A stretch of DNA of 64,000 bases, taken from the NCBI GenBank assembly GCA_038231275.1, contig JBBRLQ010000015.1, positions 96,001 through 160,000 of the forward strand, given 5' to 3'. The notes beneath the pieces were generated by a model. That model made no database searches, was not told the DNA's origin, and worked only from the letters and a program-made list of their open reading frames with translations. Each line of letters starts with the position of its first letter. The stretch's first letter is position 1. Positions 56,966 to 64,000 of the stretch are shown here, one piece after another. Source of the DNA: Polyangiales bacterium (GTDB taxonomy: Bacteria > Myxococcota_A > Polyangia > Polyangiales > Polyangiaceae). Both the position numbers and the translations under genes were made by a program.

Positions 56966-58336
56966 ATGACCTCGAAGAACCTCCTTTTTGCGCTTTTGCT
57001 GGTGTTGCCGTCGTGCAGCTCGTCCAAGTCCACCACTCCGGCCACGCCGGCGGACGACGGCGGGACGATCCCTCCGGTCGACGCGGGAGCCGACGCCGCC
57101 ACCGATCCGTGCGCGGGCGCGACCGGTCCTTGCAAGGTCTTCGCGGCTGGCGCCAAGGAGAGCGACATCGCCAACGCCATCGCGACCGCCACGACGGGCA
57201 GCACCTTCGTCTTCGGCGCCGGGCTGTTCGCGTTCACCAACACGCTCACGTTCACGGCGAAGAACGTGACGGTGATGGGCGCCGGGATGGAACAGACCAT
57301 CTTCGACTTCAAGGGCCTCGTCTCCGGCTCGAGCGGCACCGGCGTCGACGTCCTCGACGGCTCCGACGGCTTCACGATCAAGAACCTCGCGGTGCGCGAC
57401 ACGTTCAAGAACGGCATCAAGGTGAAGGGCTCGACCGGCGTAACCTTCCAGGGCGTCAAAGTCTCGTGGACCAACCCCGACGCGAAGACCCACGGCGACT
57501 ACGCGCTCTACCCGGTCTTCTGCAAGAAGGTGCTCGTCGAGAACTGCGACATCTCCGGCTCGTCCGACGCCGGAATCTACGTCGGCCAATCGCAGACGAT
57601 CATCGTGCGCAACAACGTGTCGCACGACAACGTCGCCGGCATCGAGATCGAGAACTCGTACGACGCCGAGGTCTACAAGAACACCGCCAAGAACAACACG
57701 GGCGGCCTCCTCGTGTTCGATCTCCCGGGCAGCGGCAACCAGCACGACGGGCACAACGTCCACGTGCACGACAACATCGTCGACTCGAACAACACGCAGA
57801 ACTTCAACGCCACCGGCAGCACCGTCGCGCAGGTTCCGGCGGGCACCGGCACGTTCGTGCTCGGCACGCGCGACGTCGAGATCGACCACAACACGTTCAC
57901 CAACAACGGGACGACGCCGTTCTCGGTGGTCAGCTACTACGTCTCGAGCCCGAGCTGGACGCAGTCGCAGGATCCGCTCTACCACCCGGTGTCGAAGCGC
58001 GTGTACTTCCACGACAACACGATGACCGGGAATGGGAAGGACGCCGATCTCACGACGCAGCTGGGCCTCCTGTTGTCGTCGGGGCGCTCGGTGTACCCGC
58101 ACGGGAACGTGCCGGAGGTCCTCGTCGATGGAATCTCCGATCCGAACGACGTCGTCCCCAGCGCGCCGGCCGGCAACCCGACGTACGTGTGCCTCGGGAA
58201 CAACGGGACCGTCGACTTCGCGAACCTCCATTTCGACCAGCTCAAGCCGGACGGGTCGAATTTCGCGCAGGGTCTGACGTTCGACGCGACGGCCTACAAC
58301 TGCACGCTCCCGGCGCTCCCCGCCGTGACCTTCTAG
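56966..58336 (+). CDS. Parallel beta-helix lipoprotein
   Basis: YALYPV, GSSDAGIYVGQS, NVAGIEIENS, NNTGGLLVFDLP. Confidence 0.85.
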   Translation: MTSKNLLFALLLVLPSCSSSKSTTPATPADDGGTIPPVDAGADAATDPCAGATGPCKVFAAGAKESDIANAIATATTGSTFVFGAGLFAFTNTLTFTAKNVTVMGAGMEQTIFDFKGLVSGSSGTGVDVLDGSDGFTIKNLAVRDTFKNGIKVKGSTGVTFQGVKVSWTNPDAKTHGDYALYPVFCKKVLVENCDISGSSDAGIYVGQSQTIIVRNNVSHDNVAGIEIENSYDAEVYKNTAKNNTGGLLVFDLPGSGNQHDGHNVHVHDNIVDSNNTQNFNATGSTVAQVPAGTGTFVLGTRDVEIDHNTFTNNGTTPFSVVSYYVSSPSWTQSQDPLYHPVSKRVYFHDNTMTGNGKDADLTTQLGLLLSSGRSVYPHGNVPEVLVDGISDPNDVVPSAPAGNPTYVCLGNNGTVDFANLHFDQLKPDGSNFAQGLTFDATAYNCTLPALPAVTF

Positions 58337-58345
58337 AGGAGTCCC

Positions 58346-59512
58346 GTGCGAAAGGAAGCGGCGCTCTTCGGCGTGCTCGCGCTCGCGGCGTGCGGCGGCT
58401 CGCTCTCGATTCGGCTGCCGGACGGAGACGACGGCGGCGCGGATTCGGGTGGGCCTTCGCTGCCGACGCCGCAGCCTCACGCGATCACGCCGGGCTGTAC
58501 GCCAGGCGGCGACGGCTCGTACCTGACGACGCCGTACCCGACGCTCGACGCGTATTGCATAGTCTCGCTCGTGAACGGCACTCCGACCTACGGCTCGGGC
58601 ATCGTGCCGTATGATCTGAACACCCCGCTCTTCAGCGACTACGCGGTGAAGCGCCGCGCGGTGTACTTGCCGCCCGGGAAGACGGCGACGTACAGCGCGA
58701 ACGAGATCTTCGAGTTCCCGGTCGGCACCGTGCTCATCAAATCGTTCGGCTTCCCCGACGACGCGCGAAAGGCCGCGCCGATCATGAAGTGGATCGAGAC
58801 GCGCCTCATCGTGCGCGTCGAGGGCGGCTGGAAGGCGTACGCGTACCTCTGGGACGACGCGCAGCAGGTGGCGACCTACAACCCGGGCGGCCGCGCGCTG
58901 CAGGTGTCGTGGATCGACGCGACCGGGACGAAGAAGGAGCACGGGTACCTGCAGCCGTCGCAGACGCAGTGCCAGCAGTGCCACGAGGACAGCGGCACCG
59001 TCACGCCGATCGGCCCCAAGGCGCGCAACTTGAACCGCGACTTCGCGTACGGCGACAAGACCGAGAACCAGCTCGCGCGCTGGACGAGCGCCAAGATCCT
59101 GACCGGCGCGCCCTCCGATCCGACGACCGCGCCAAAGCTCGCGGTGTGGGACGACGTCGCGCACTTCGCAGTGGATCAACGCGCCCGCGCGTACCTCGAA
59201 GTGAACTGCGCGCACTGCCATGACGCGGTCGGCTCCGCGAGCACGAGCGGCCTCTTCTTGTGGGCGAGCGAGACCGATCCGACGCGCTACGGCGTGTGTA
59301 AGGAGCCGCTGTCCGCGGGCGGGAGCGTCGGCGCGCGTACGTGGGACGTGGTGCCGGGCGATCCCGACGCGTCGATTCTCTGGTTCCGAATGGCGGCCAC
59401 GCAGCCGGGCATCGCGATGCCGCAGATCAGCCGCGACGTCGTCGACAAAGAGGCCGTCGCCCTCATCCGCGACTGGATCACTGGCCTCCCGAAGGCCCCC
59501 TGCAACAAATAG
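58346..59512 (+). CDS. SO2930-family diheme c-type cytochrome lipoprotein
   Basis: YDLNTPLFSDYAVKRR, IETRL, CQQCH, CAHCH, IGPKARNLN. Confidence 0.85.
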   Translation: MRKEAALFGVLALAACGGSLSIRLPDGDDGGADSGGPSLPTPQPHAITPGCTPGGDGSYLTTPYPTLDAYCIVSLVNGTPTYGSGIVPYDLNTPLFSDYAVKRRAVYLPPGKTATYSANEIFEFPVGTVLIKSFGFPDDARKAAPIMKWIETRLIVRVEGGWKAYAYLWDDAQQVATYNPGGRALQVSWIDATGTKKEHGYLQPSQTQCQQCHEDSGTVTPIGPKARNLNRDFAYGDKTENQLARWTSAKILTGAPSDPTTAPKLAVWDDVAHFAVDQRARAYLEVNCAHCHDAVGSASTSGLFLWASETDPTRYGVCKEPLSAGGSVGARTWDVVPGDPDASILWFRMAATQPGIAMPQISRDVVDKEAVALIRDWITGLPKAPCNK

Positions 59513-59556
59513 CGAGCGCGTTGCACCGGCACCGAAGTGCGCTATCTGTTCGCCTC

Positions 59557-59871
59557 ATGAAGCTGAACCCGTCCTGGTCCCGCCTCCTCGAGAGCTACAA
59601 GCTCGATCACCAGAACCCCAAGAACCAGGCGTGCCACAAGGTCGGGATCCCGATGATCGCCGCGTCGATCCCGCTTGCGTTCACCGTCGTCGGCCTGCCG
59701 CTCGCGGCCGGGCTCTTCTCGGTCGGGTGGACGTTCCAGTTCGTCGGCCACGCGTTCGAGGGCAAGAAGCCGTCGTTCGTCGAGGACAAGCGCGCCCTCG
59801 TCATCGGGCTCATGTGGTGGGCCGAGAAATCGGGCCTCCTCGAGCTCGAGACCACCGCCGCCGCCGCGTAA
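59557..59871 (+). CDS. DUF962 (Mpo1-like) membrane protein
   Basis: DHQNPKNQACHKVGIP, QFVGHAFEGKKPSF. Confidence 0.85.
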   Translation: MKLNPSWSRLLESYKLDHQNPKNQACHKVGIPMIAASIPLAFTVVGLPLAAGLFSVGWTFQFVGHAFEGKKPSFVEDKRALVIGLMWWAEKSGLLELETTAAAA

Positions 59872-59926
59872 TCCCTGGGGTTTTCGGTTCGCGAAATTTC
59901 AGAGGGCGAGCGCCGACTCGTACCTT

Positions 59927-60250
59927 ATGGAAGCCAATCTCGTCGCCGTCGACTCTCCCACCTCGAACGAACGCCTCGCGGCCTTCTTCGCCCATGCGGG
60001 CACGTTCGTCGCGTGGACGATCGCGCCGCTCGTCGTCTACTTGATCAAGCGCGGTGAGTCGCGCTTCGTCGAGTACCAGGCGCTGCAGGCGCTGCTCTGG
60101 TCGCTCGGCGGCACCGTGATCAGCCTCGCCACGTGCGGCCTCGCGATCCCGGTCTTCATGCTCTTCCACGTGCTCGCGGCCATCAAGGCGGCCAACGGCG
60201 AGACGTACGAGTATCCGATAGTTTCCGACATCGCGAAGAAGCTCATGTGA
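59927..60250 (+). CDS. DUF4870 family membrane protein
   Basis: PLVVYLIK..SRFV..QALQAL, AAIKAANGETYEYP. Confidence 0.8.
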   Translation: MEANLVAVDSPTSNERLAAFFAHAGTFVAWTIAPLVVYLIKRGESRFVEYQALQALLWSLGGTVISLATCGLAIPVFMLFHVLAAIKAANGETYEYPIVSDIAKKLM

Positions 60251-60272
60251 CGCGGAGCGACCCGAAGCTTGG

Positions 60273-61469
60273 CTACGGCAGGATCTTCGCGAGCGGCGCG
60301 ACCCATACTTGGCCGACCGCGTCGCCGTTCAAGCGGTACGCGAGGGCGCGCGGGTTTGACATCACGCACATCGCGTCGGGGACGAAGAGCTGGCCGGTGC
60401 CGAGCTGCACAGCCGTGAGCGTTCCCTTCACGACGTCGTAGCCCCAGATGCCGACGGCGCTCGCGTAGAGGACGGTGTCTCCGTCGGCCGCGATGCGCGC
60501 GATGAAGGTGTGCTCGTTGGCGGGCGATCCGCGGAAGATCGGCGGGATCGCCTTCGCCTCGTCGGCCAGCTCGACGCGCGACGCGTTGTCGTAGCCGCGG
60601 TAGAGGCGAATCGACGGCACCGGGCCGGTGCGCGCATACGAGACGACGAGCCCGCTCGCGATCGGCAGCGTGTCGTACGTCGTGAGGCCGCCATCGAAGA
60701 CCACCGACGTCGTCGTCTTCGCCGCGACGTCGACGACGTACAAGGGATACGGCGGGTTCACGTCGCCGGGGATGACCACCTTGCCGTTCGCGTAGCTGCT
60801 CGGCGGCTGCGGCGTCGAGAGCACGGTGGAGACGTCGTCGGTCTGGCCATTGGAGGCGGTCCACTTGCGCGCCTTGGTGCCGTTCAGCGCCACGCCGCCG
60901 ACGTTCTGATCGAGGCGCAGCACGCCGGTGGCGTCGGCGAAGTAGTTGTACGCGTACGGCAAGCTCGTGACGAGCGTGGCGGGCTGCGTCGCGTCGTACA
61001 CGTCGAGCGCGGTGTACCCGGCGTGATCGGCCGCGATGAACGCATCGGACGCGAACGGCGTGCGACGCGGCGCCTTGAAGCCGTAGTCGAGCTGCTTCTG
61101 CGTGTCGTAGCGCCACGAGTGCATCGTGCCGCCTTGATCGCGCCACACGACGTTCGACGCGCTGCACGTGATCGTCGAACCCTGCGAGGTGAGCGGCCCC
61201 GGAATGCGGAGCGCGGTGAGGCGCGCGGCCGCCGCGGCGAATGTTTCGGGACCCGTGGCCGGTGCATCGGTGTCGCTCGCGTCGGGGAGCGGAGAGCCGC
61301 CCGAGTCTGGTTCACCCCCGTCGGGCGTGACGATCGGCGCTCCGTCGGCGCTCGTCCCCGCGTCAGGATCTGCCGCCGACGTGCCGGTGCGAATGTCCCC
61401 ACAGCCTGCCGCGAGCAGCAGCACCACCACCACCAAGGACAGAGACGAACGACCGTTGGCGAGGCGCAT
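60273..61469 (-). CDS. Hypothetical beta-rich lipoprotein
   Basis: Lipobox AAGC, DAG-rich linker, GC3-biased codons. Confidence 0.65.
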   Translation of the reverse strand: MRLANGRSSLSLVVVVLLLAAGCGDIRTGTSAADPDAGTSADGAPIVTPDGGEPDSGGSPLPDASDTDAPATGPETFAAAAARLTALRIPGPLTSQGSTITCSASNVVWRDQGGTMHSWRYDTQKQLDYGFKAPRRTPFASDAFIAADHAGYTALDVYDATQPATLVTSLPYAYNYFADATGVLRLDQNVGGVALNGTKARKWTASNGQTDDVSTVLSTPQPPSSYANGKVVIPGDVNPPYPLYVVDVAAKTTTSVVFDGGLTTYDTLPIASGLVVSYARTGPVPSIRLYRGYDNASRVELADEAKAIPPIFRGSPANEHTFIARIAADGDTVLYASAVGIWGYDVVKGTLTAVQLGTGQLFVPDAMCVMSNPRALAYRLNGDAVGQVWVAPLAKILP

Positions 61470-61538
61470 GACGCCCTCTCCCGTGACACGAAGGAACCCC
61501 AATGACAACCGAATCGCCATAAAATAGCGCGAAAACGC

Positions 61539-62456
61539 CTATTTCTGCGGCGTCACGGGGAAGACGAGCGCGAACGAGCGCGGGCCGGTCGTGAAGAGGA
61601 GCGTCTCCTTCGAGTGCGCCTCTTTGCGGTAGTGCGGGTACCAGGGCTGCGCGCGCCAGGCGTCGGTGTCCTTCACGAGCTCGGGGACGATGAGGTCGAG
61701 CTCGACGTAGCGGCCGCCGGTCTTGGCGACGAGCGCGGGGCCGAAGCTCCATGCCTCGTGACCGGGCCGCGGCGCCGCGTCGTTGTGCATCGCGCCGCCG
61801 TACGCCACGATCATCCGCGAGGCCGACGCGTCGTCGCCGCTCTTGTCGAGGAGCGCGCCGACGTCGCGGGCCGTGAGGCGCGCGATCATCGACAGCATCG
61901 CGTCGATGTCGCCGCCGCCGGCGTCGAGGATGCGCTCGTACTCGTCGCACCCGGGGACGAGCGCGTGGGGCATCACGCCGAGCTTTTTCGCGGCGTCGCC
62001 GAGGAGCATGAATTCGTTCTGGTTGGTGGGGGCTTGGGTGGCGGTGACGTCCTTCTGCTGCTTTTGGACCTTCTCCACCTTCTTCACGCACGCAGGGTTT
62101 CCGACCCAGAGCTCGATGACGAGATCGCTCGCCCGTCCTCCGAGCGCCGGGAGAAGCCCGTCGGTGAATCGCTTGGTCGCCGACGTGACGTTCTCTACGT
62201 CCTTCTGCGCGTGCGTCTCGCCAACCGCGAGCACGCGCGGGTTCTCGGCGAGCACCTTGGCGAACGCCTCCGCCGGCGACGCGAGGACCGCGCACGGCAT
62301 CTCCGCGTCGCACGAACCGGTCGCGAGTGCCGCGCTCGAAGACGCGCCCGCGCTCGGACCAGGCGCACCCGGTGCGACGCTCGAAGCCCGCGAGCACGCG
62401 ACGGAGAGGGTGGATGCGGCTGCGAATGCGACGGAGAGAATGGCCGTGATTCGCAC
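61539..62456 (-). CDS. Hypothetical exported protein
   Basis: Lipobox-like SVAC; VLAVGETH and YGGAMHND motifs. Confidence 0.65.
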   Translation of the reverse strand: MRITAILSVAFAAASTLSVACSRASSVAPGAPGPSAGASSSAALATGSCDAEMPCAVLASPAEAFAKVLAENPRVLAVGETHAQKDVENVTSATKRFTDGLLPALGGRASDLVIELWVGNPACVKKVEKVQKQQKDVTATQAPTNQNEFMLLGDAAKKLGVMPHALVPGCDEYERILDAGGGDIDAMLSMIARLTARDVGALLDKSGDDASASRMIVAYGGAMHNDAAPRPGHEAWSFGPALVAKTGGRYVELDLIVPELVKDTDAWRAQPWYPHYRKEAHSKETLLFTTGPRSFALVFPVTPQK

Positions 62457-62513
62457 ACCTGCATGGTACACGGACGTCGAGCGAATCGCCGCGCCGCGTG
62501 GCACAATCACATC

Positions 62514-63380
62514 GTGACGAGCCCCACGCCGCGCGCGCCGCGAAGACCCGAAGGGTGGGTCGCGCCGGGACCACCGCCGGTCGGCGATCGCGGGCGCGCC
62601 GATCTCGCGCCGACCGACGACGAAGATCTCTCGCTCCTCTCCGGCGACTGGCGCGTCTTCCAACAGAAGCGCGGGCACCGCTGGTCGCTCGACGATCTCG
62701 TGACCGCCGCCATCGCCGCGTGGGCCGTCCCGAAGCCGCCGGCGCGCGCGCTCGATCTCGGTTGCGGCATCGGCTCCGTCCTCATGATGATCGCGTGGCG
62801 ATTTCCGGAGGCGAAGGTCCTGGGGATCGAAGCGCAGGAGCTCTCGCTAGGGATGGCGCGTCGCTCGCTCGCGTGGAACGGCGCCGACGCGCGCGTCGAG
62901 GTCCGTCACGGCGATCTGCGCGATCCGGCGACGCTCCCGGAGGGCGCCACGTTCGATCTCGTCACCGGCACGCCGCCGTATTTCCCGATCGGCGAGGGCG
63001 TCGAATCGGACAGACCGCAGTGCGCGCCGTGCCGCTTCGAGCACCGCGGCGGCGTCGAGGACTACTGCGAAGCGGCGGCGCGCGCCCTCACCCCGGACGG
63101 GCTCTTCGTCATGTGCGCGGCGTCGGGCGAAGCGGAGCGTGTACGAGAAGGAGCGAGGACGGCGGCGCTCGACGTCACGGCGATCCGCGAGATCGTCCCG
63201 CGCGAGGGAAAGGCTCCGCTCGTCACCGTCTTCACGCTGACCAAGCAAGCGCGCGGCGGTGGCGCGGGGCCCGCAGCCTCGACGCGCCTCGTGGTCCGTG
63301 ACGCGAAGGGGGTCTGGACCACGGAATTTGCGTCCGTTCGTCGTGAGATGGGCATGCCCGACCGCCCACCGCGCGCTTAA
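62514..63380 (+). CDS. tRNA1(Val) A37 N6-methyltransferase-like protein
   Basis: QQKRGHRWSLDD, LDLGCGIG, GTPPYF, CRFE. Confidence 0.8.
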   Translation: MTSPTPRAPRRPEGWVAPGPPPVGDRGRADLAPTDDEDLSLLSGDWRVFQQKRGHRWSLDDLVTAAIAAWAVPKPPARALDLGCGIGSVLMMIAWRFPEAKVLGIEAQELSLGMARRSLAWNGADARVEVRHGDLRDPATLPEGATFDLVTGTPPYFPIGEGVESDRPQCAPCRFEHRGGVEDYCEAAARALTPDGLFVMCAASGEAERVREGARTAALDVTAIREIVPREGKAPLVTVFTLTKQARGGGAGPAASTRLVVRDAKGVWTTEFASVRREMGMPDRPPRA

Positions 63381-63409
63381 GTCCGCCGCCTCCGCGGACG
63401 TACTTCCTC

Positions 63410-63766
63410 GTGGGGACCGTGCTCAGCACCAAACCACCGCCGCAGCGCAGAGAGAAGGTGCACCGTCGTGTCGATGTGCAGCCGGAGGACTTGAAGCACC
63501 TCGACGTGCTCCACAAGATCCTGCGCCTCCTCAACGAGCCGAAGCAGAGCGCGGGGCCGCTCGCGCGCCTCATCGTGCGGATGCCGATCCTCGAGGCGCG
63601 GGTGCGACGCGCCTACCGTGCGCCGCAGTGGTACACGGAGGACGCGTACGGCGAGCCGGATGTCACCACCGTGCTCGTCATGATGGGCAACCGCGGCTTC
63701 GAGGCCGTGCTGCTCGAGCTGCTCGAGGATCTCACGATCCTGAACGGCGAGCTCCAGGGCCAGTGA
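63410..63766 (+). CDS. Small hypothetical protein resembling the N-terminal half of an HDOD domain
   Basis: VLHKILRLLNEP..SAGPLARLI...PILEARV...VTTVLVMMG. Confidence 0.5.
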   Translation: MGTVLSTKPPPQRREKVHRRVDVQPEDLKHLDVLHKILRLLNEPKQSAGPLARLIVRMPILEARVRRAYRAPQWYTEDAYGEPDVTTVLVMMGNRGFEAVLLELLEDLTILNGELQGQ

Positions 63767-64000
63767 CCGCCGCGAGCGGCTTCGACGCGCCTGCTTCCGC
63801 GCGCGTCTTCGCGTGGTCCATCACGCGGCGGTGGATCGCGTGCACGACGCCGTCGCTCCACAGGCGCCAGTAGCTCTCGGGCGTGATGCGCACGTCGACC
63901 CAGCTGCGCGCGACGAGGCGCGTGCGATCTCCTGGCAGGCGCTCGAGCACGAACTGCCCACGCTGGTTTCTCACGTAGCCGTCGAGGTGCGGTTGACGCG
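63732..64000 (-). CDS. Conserved hypothetical protein, 3' part only
   Basis: PHLDGY...RGQFVLERLPGDRTRL...YWRLWSDGVVHAIHRRVMDH; open to window edge. Confidence 0.6.
   Translation of the reverse strand, partial: RQPHLDGYVRNQRGQFVLERLPGDRTRLVARSWVDVRITPESYWRLWSDGVVHAIHRRVMDHAKTRAEAGASKPLAAVTGPGARRSGS

Noticed and set aside
63377..63404. sigma28-like TTAAG...GACGTAC before the HDOD-like gene
   Set aside because: Spacing off by one and two mismatches in the -10 element

Overview
GC-rich (about 70%) bacterial DNA. The accessory proteins (Cys-rich lipoproteins, DAG/SSGG linkers, S-x-P-P/S-x-R-P low-complexity tails) point to Myxococcota, probably Polyangiales; this is an inference. Positions 1 to about 44,000 hold an essentially complete flagellar supercluster. 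A leftward operon runs flgB-flgC-fliEFGHIJK-flgD-flgE-fliLMNOPQR-flhB-flhA-flhF-fliA-flgF. It diverges from a rightward block with a sigma54 activator, flbD, motAB, flgGAHIJMNKL, csrA, a Maf-type glycosyltransferase, four tandem 275-aa flagellins (the fourth frameshifted), fliD, fliS and a methyltransferase-TPR gene. A convergent GH73 hydrolase-neuA-neuB-neuC (sialic acid) operon follows. Myxobacteria are classically non-flagellated gliders, so the cluster is the main observation. A regulatory code can be read from the DNA: ten sigma54 -24/-12 motifs (five placed for leaderless transcripts), six variant sigma28 promoters (THAAG-N14-DCCGTTC) and CsrA-type ANGGA sites. These motifs tie non-flagellar genes (an RTX-repeat lipoprotein, a sensorless histidine kinase, a Zn-motif hypothetical) to the flagellar regulon. 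The remaining 20 kb hold a MutH homolog, two RTX-repeat lipoproteins, a beta-helix/diheme cytochrome c pair and assorted enzymes. No rRNA, tRNA, CRISPR array or intact mobile element was recognised.
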